DNA from: Candidatus Omnitrophota bacterium
GTDB lineage: Bacteria; Ratteibacteria; UBA8468; MWAK01
DNA length: 64,000 nucleotides
NCBI GenBank assembly: GCA_043826355.1
Contig: JBDRQI010000003.1
Span: 7,440-71,439, forward strand
Direction of reading: 5' to 3'
Below the pieces are notes generated by a model. It was not told where the DNA came from. It saw only the letters and a list, made by a program, of their open reading frames with translations, and did no database searches. A program made the position numbers and the translations under genes. Shown here one piece after another: positions 61,355-64,000 of the stretch. Each line of letters begins with the position of its first letter. Position 1 is the stretch's first letter.

Positions 61355-62620
61355 ATGACACTTACCGAAAAAATTCTGGCAAAAAAAGCGGGGCGCTTGG
61401 AACTCAAACCGGGCGAATTCGTATTGGTTGACGTTGACCTGGGTTTCGCCAACGACCTGACCGGACCGCCGGCCATCAAGGAATTTGAGAAGTATGGAAA
61501 CAAGGTATTTGCTCCGGAAAAAGTAGCTCTGATTCCGGACCATTTTACTCCCTGCAAAGATATTGACAGCGCCGGTCTGGTCAGGATACTGCGCGAATTC
61601 AGCCTTAAACAGAATATCAGCCGGTTTTACGAAATCGGCCGGATGGGCGTAGAACACGCGCTCCTGCCGGAAGAAGGGCTGATTCTGCCCGGAACAATAG
61701 TCATCGGCGCGGACAGCCATACCTGCACCCACGGTGCGCTCGGCGCCTTCGCCACCGGCGTTGGAAGCACCGACCTGGCTTTCTTTCTCCTGACCGGTAA
61801 GGCCTGGTTCCGGGTTCCGGAAACGATTGCCGTGGAATTTTCCGGAAAATTACCGGAATGGGTCGGCGGTAAAGATTTAATCCTTTATCTTATTTCCAAA
61901 ACCGGGGTGGACGGCGCTCGTTATAAAGCTTTTGAATTTATCGGTCCGGTCATTTCCCGTCTTCCGGTTGATGACCGCTTCTCCATGTGCAACATGGCAA
62001 TTGAAGCCGGTGCTAAAAACGGCATCATCGCGCCGGACAGCATAACCCTGGATTACTTGCGCCAGGTAAATCCGGTCTGGGTTAACAGCCACTCCGATTT
62101 TACGCTGAGCCCGGACTCCGGAGCCGTCTATTCGAAAAAAATAGAAATAGATGTTTCCAAACTGGAACCGTTTGTGGCTGCGCCTGATCTGCCTTCAAAC
62201 GGTTACCCCGTTTCCCAACTTTCCGGCGTCAAGCTTGACCAGGTTCTAATCGGCTCCTGCACCAACGGAAGAATTTCGGACTTAAAGATAGCGGCCGGAA
62301 TACTGAAAGGAAAGAAGGTGTCAAAAGACCTGCGTCTGATTGTCATTCCGGCCACTCAAAAAATCTGGCAGGAAGCCTTGGACCAGGGTTACCTGAACAC
62401 GTTTGTTAAGTGCGGCGCAGCAGTGAGTACGCCAACCTGCGGACCGTGCCTGGGCGGACACATGGGCGTACTGGCCGAAGGAGAAGTGGCGCTTTCAACC
62501 ACCAACCGCAACTTTGTCGGCCGGATGGGGCATCCCGGAAGCAAGGTCTATCTTTCTTCGGCGTCCGTAGCAGCCGCCAGTGCCCTAACCGGCCGGATTA
62601 CCCATCCCTCCGAAGTGTAA
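61355..62620 (+). CDS. leuC: 3-isopropylmalate dehydratase large subunit (short, archaeal-type LeuC/HACN)
   Basis: 421 aa; aconitase-family Cys ligands (…CTNGR…, …CGPCLG…). Confidence 0.85.
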   Translation: MTLTEKILAKKAGRLELKPGEFVLVDVDLGFANDLTGPPAIKEFEKYGNKVFAPEKVALIPDHFTPCKDIDSAGLVRILREFSLKQNISRFYEIGRMGVEHALLPEEGLILPGTIVIGADSHTCTHGALGAFATGVGSTDLAFFLLTGKAWFRVPETIAVEFSGKLPEWVGGKDLILYLISKTGVDGARYKAFEFIGPVISRLPVDDRFSMCNMAIEAGAKNGIIAPDSITLDYLRQVNPVWVNSHSDFTLSPDSGAVYSKKIEIDVSKLEPFVAAPDLPSNGYPVSQLSGVKLDQVLIGSCTNGRISDLKIAAGILKGKKVSKDLRLIVIPATQKIWQEALDQGYLNTFVKCGAAVSTPTCGPCLGGHMGVLAEGEVALSTTNRNFVGRMGHPGSKVYLSSASVAAASALTGRITHPSEV

Positions 62621-62629
62621 TGCGCCAGC

Positions 62630-62706
62630 GTAGTGCGACCCTTTCAGGGTCGCTTTGTTAGAACAGGCGTTTTGTATGTAAAAATGCAGGGGAGGGGCTA
62701 TGTCCC
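62630..62706. repeat. Composite repeat: REP-like module + GGGGAGGGG-ctatgt-CCCCTCCC hairpin in leuC-leuD spacer
   Basis: gtagtgcgaccctttcagggtcgc … aaaatgcaggggaggggctatgtcccctccc; creates spurious MRPFQGR… extension on leuD ORF. Confidence 0.6.
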
Positions 62707-62719
62707 CTCCCAAAAAATT

Positions 62720-63223
62720 ATGAAATTACAAGGCAAAACCTGGAAATTCGGTGACAATATCAACACCGACCTGATTATTCCGGCACGGTACATGACCGCT
62801 TACGAAGCCGCGGAACTCGGCAAACACTGTATGGAGGATGCCGACCCGGAATTTTCAAGAAAAATAGCGCCCGGAGATATTGTCGTCGCCGGAGAAAATT
62901 TCGGCTGCGGTAGCAGCCGGGAGCATGCGGTCCTGGCTTTGAAAGGCGCCGGCATCTCCGCAATAATCGCGAAATCATTTGCGCGCATCTTCTTCCGCAA
63001 CGCCATTAATACCGGACTGCCGATTATCGAATCACCGGAAGCCGCGTCCGCGATTAAAGAAGGAACTGAAATCATAATTGACCTGACTGCCGGACAGATT
63101 GAAGACCGAAGCGAAAACCAACATTTTACAATCAAAGAATTTCCGGAATTCTTAACCGAAATCGTGGAAAACGGAGGACTTTTAAAATGGGCGACCAGAA
63201 AAAAAAAGGAACCTACAAAATAG
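62720..63223 (+). CDS. leuD: 3-isopropylmalate dehydratase small subunit
   Basis: MKLQGKTWKFGDNINTDLIIPARY… typical LeuD start; ~167 aa. Confidence 0.85.
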   Translation: MKLQGKTWKFGDNINTDLIIPARYMTAYEAAELGKHCMEDADPEFSRKIAPGDIVVAGENFGCGSSREHAVLALKGAGISAIIAKSFARIFFRNAINTGLPIIESPEAASAIKEGTEIIIDLTAGQIEDRSENQHFTIKEFPEFLTEIVENGGLLKWATRKKKEPTK

Positions 63224-64000
63224 GCGTCATACCCGGAGACGGAGTAGGGCCGGAGATAATTCGGGAAGGATTAAAAGTTTTGGAAGCGGTCAGACAAAAA
63301 TTCTCCCTTAAATTTGAATTGGTCAATTACGACTTTGGCGGAGAACGCTATCTGAAGACCGGCGAAATTCTGCCGGACAGCGCGCTTGAGGAGTTTCGGA
63401 AACTGGACGCTATCTACCTGGGAGCGGTTGGCCACCCGGACGTAAAGCCCGGCATCCTGGAACACGGTCTGCTTTTGAAACTGCGTTTTACGCTTGACCA
63501 GTACATAAACCTGAGGCCGGTCAAACTCTATCCCGGAGTCTGGACGCCTATCAAAGATAAAGGCCCGGAACAGATAGACTACGTCGTAGTGCGTGAAAAT
63601 ACCGAAGGCGCCTACACCGGAATGGGCGGTTGTTTCAAAAAAGGGACGCCGGATGAGATTGCGGTCCAGGAAGACGTCAACACCCGTAAAGGTGTGGAAC
63701 GTTGCATCCGTTACGCCTACAAGGTCTGCCGGCGCCGTAACCGGATGAAAAAAATAACCTGCTGCGATAAAGCCAACGTCCTGACTTACGCCGGAGACCT
63801 CTGGCGCCGGACCTTTGTTGACGTGGGCCGGGAATTTCCTGGCATCAAACAGGATTATGCTTTTGTGGACGCCACCACGATGTGGATGATTAAAAATCCG
63901 GAATGGTTTGACGTAATCGTCACCAGCAATATGTTCGGGGACATCATCACCGACCTGGCCGCGGTAACCCAGGGCGGCCTGGGAATCGCCGCCGGCGGGA
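63186..64000 (+). CDS. leuB: 3-isopropylmalate dehydrogenase (3'-truncated by window edge)
   Basis: …[15 protein letters not shown]… NAD-binding start; runs off window end; overlaps leuD by ~38 bp through an A9 tract. Confidence 0.75.

Overview
This is a ~52% GC chromosomal segment from a Gram-negative-type bacterium. LPS-related genes (lpxK, lptB-like), SurA/PpiC chaperones and a T2SS-type gspE-F-G-H-I-J-K pseudopilus operon support that placement. The gene content is mostly housekeeping.

Plus-strand block (1-29 kb):
- A uroporphyrinogen-decarboxylase-family fragment.
- An unlinked 5S rRNA.
- A divergent EF-G paralog, yebC, ruvC-ruvA-ruvB, lptB-like, uppS, dxr and a pabB-like gene.
- rseP, ispG, recX, alaS, a sigma-70-family factor and apt.
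- rpsF-ssb-rpsR-rplI-dnaB, ispD and queD-queC-queE.
- A UPF0104 membrane protein, an M18 aminopeptidase and a GH2 beta-galactosidase.

Minus-strand block (29-55 kb):
- tilS, mutM, ruvX, folP, cysS, gltX and ispF.
- A secreted PLD-family nuclease, hisA, lpxK, an EndoQ-like PHP protein and a HIT protein.
- pdxA, two SurA/PpiC chaperones, the pseudopilus operon with two GspE-type ATPases plus PilT, argS and rbfA.

Remaining genes are ftsK, a hypothetical protein, cca and leuA-leuC-leuD-leuB(partial). tRNA-Gly(UCC) lies on the plus strand at ~40.1 kb.

The unusual features:
1. A dense population of GC-rich palindromic repeat modules (GTAGTGCGACCCTTTCAGGGTCGC, and GGGGAGGGG-N6-11-CCCTCCC hairpins). 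They sit in intergenic and intra-operon spacers. Several are inserted in frame inside pabB and tilS, and probably ispG.
2. A two-copy ~130-200 nt structured element with compensatory stem changes.
3. The beta-galactosidase gene is bracketed by a ~47-bp imperfect direct duplication of the aminopeptidase 3' end.
4. The gspK-like gene is frameshifted.
5. The EF-G paralog has degenerate GTPase motifs.

No CRISPR array, integrase or transposase was seen.
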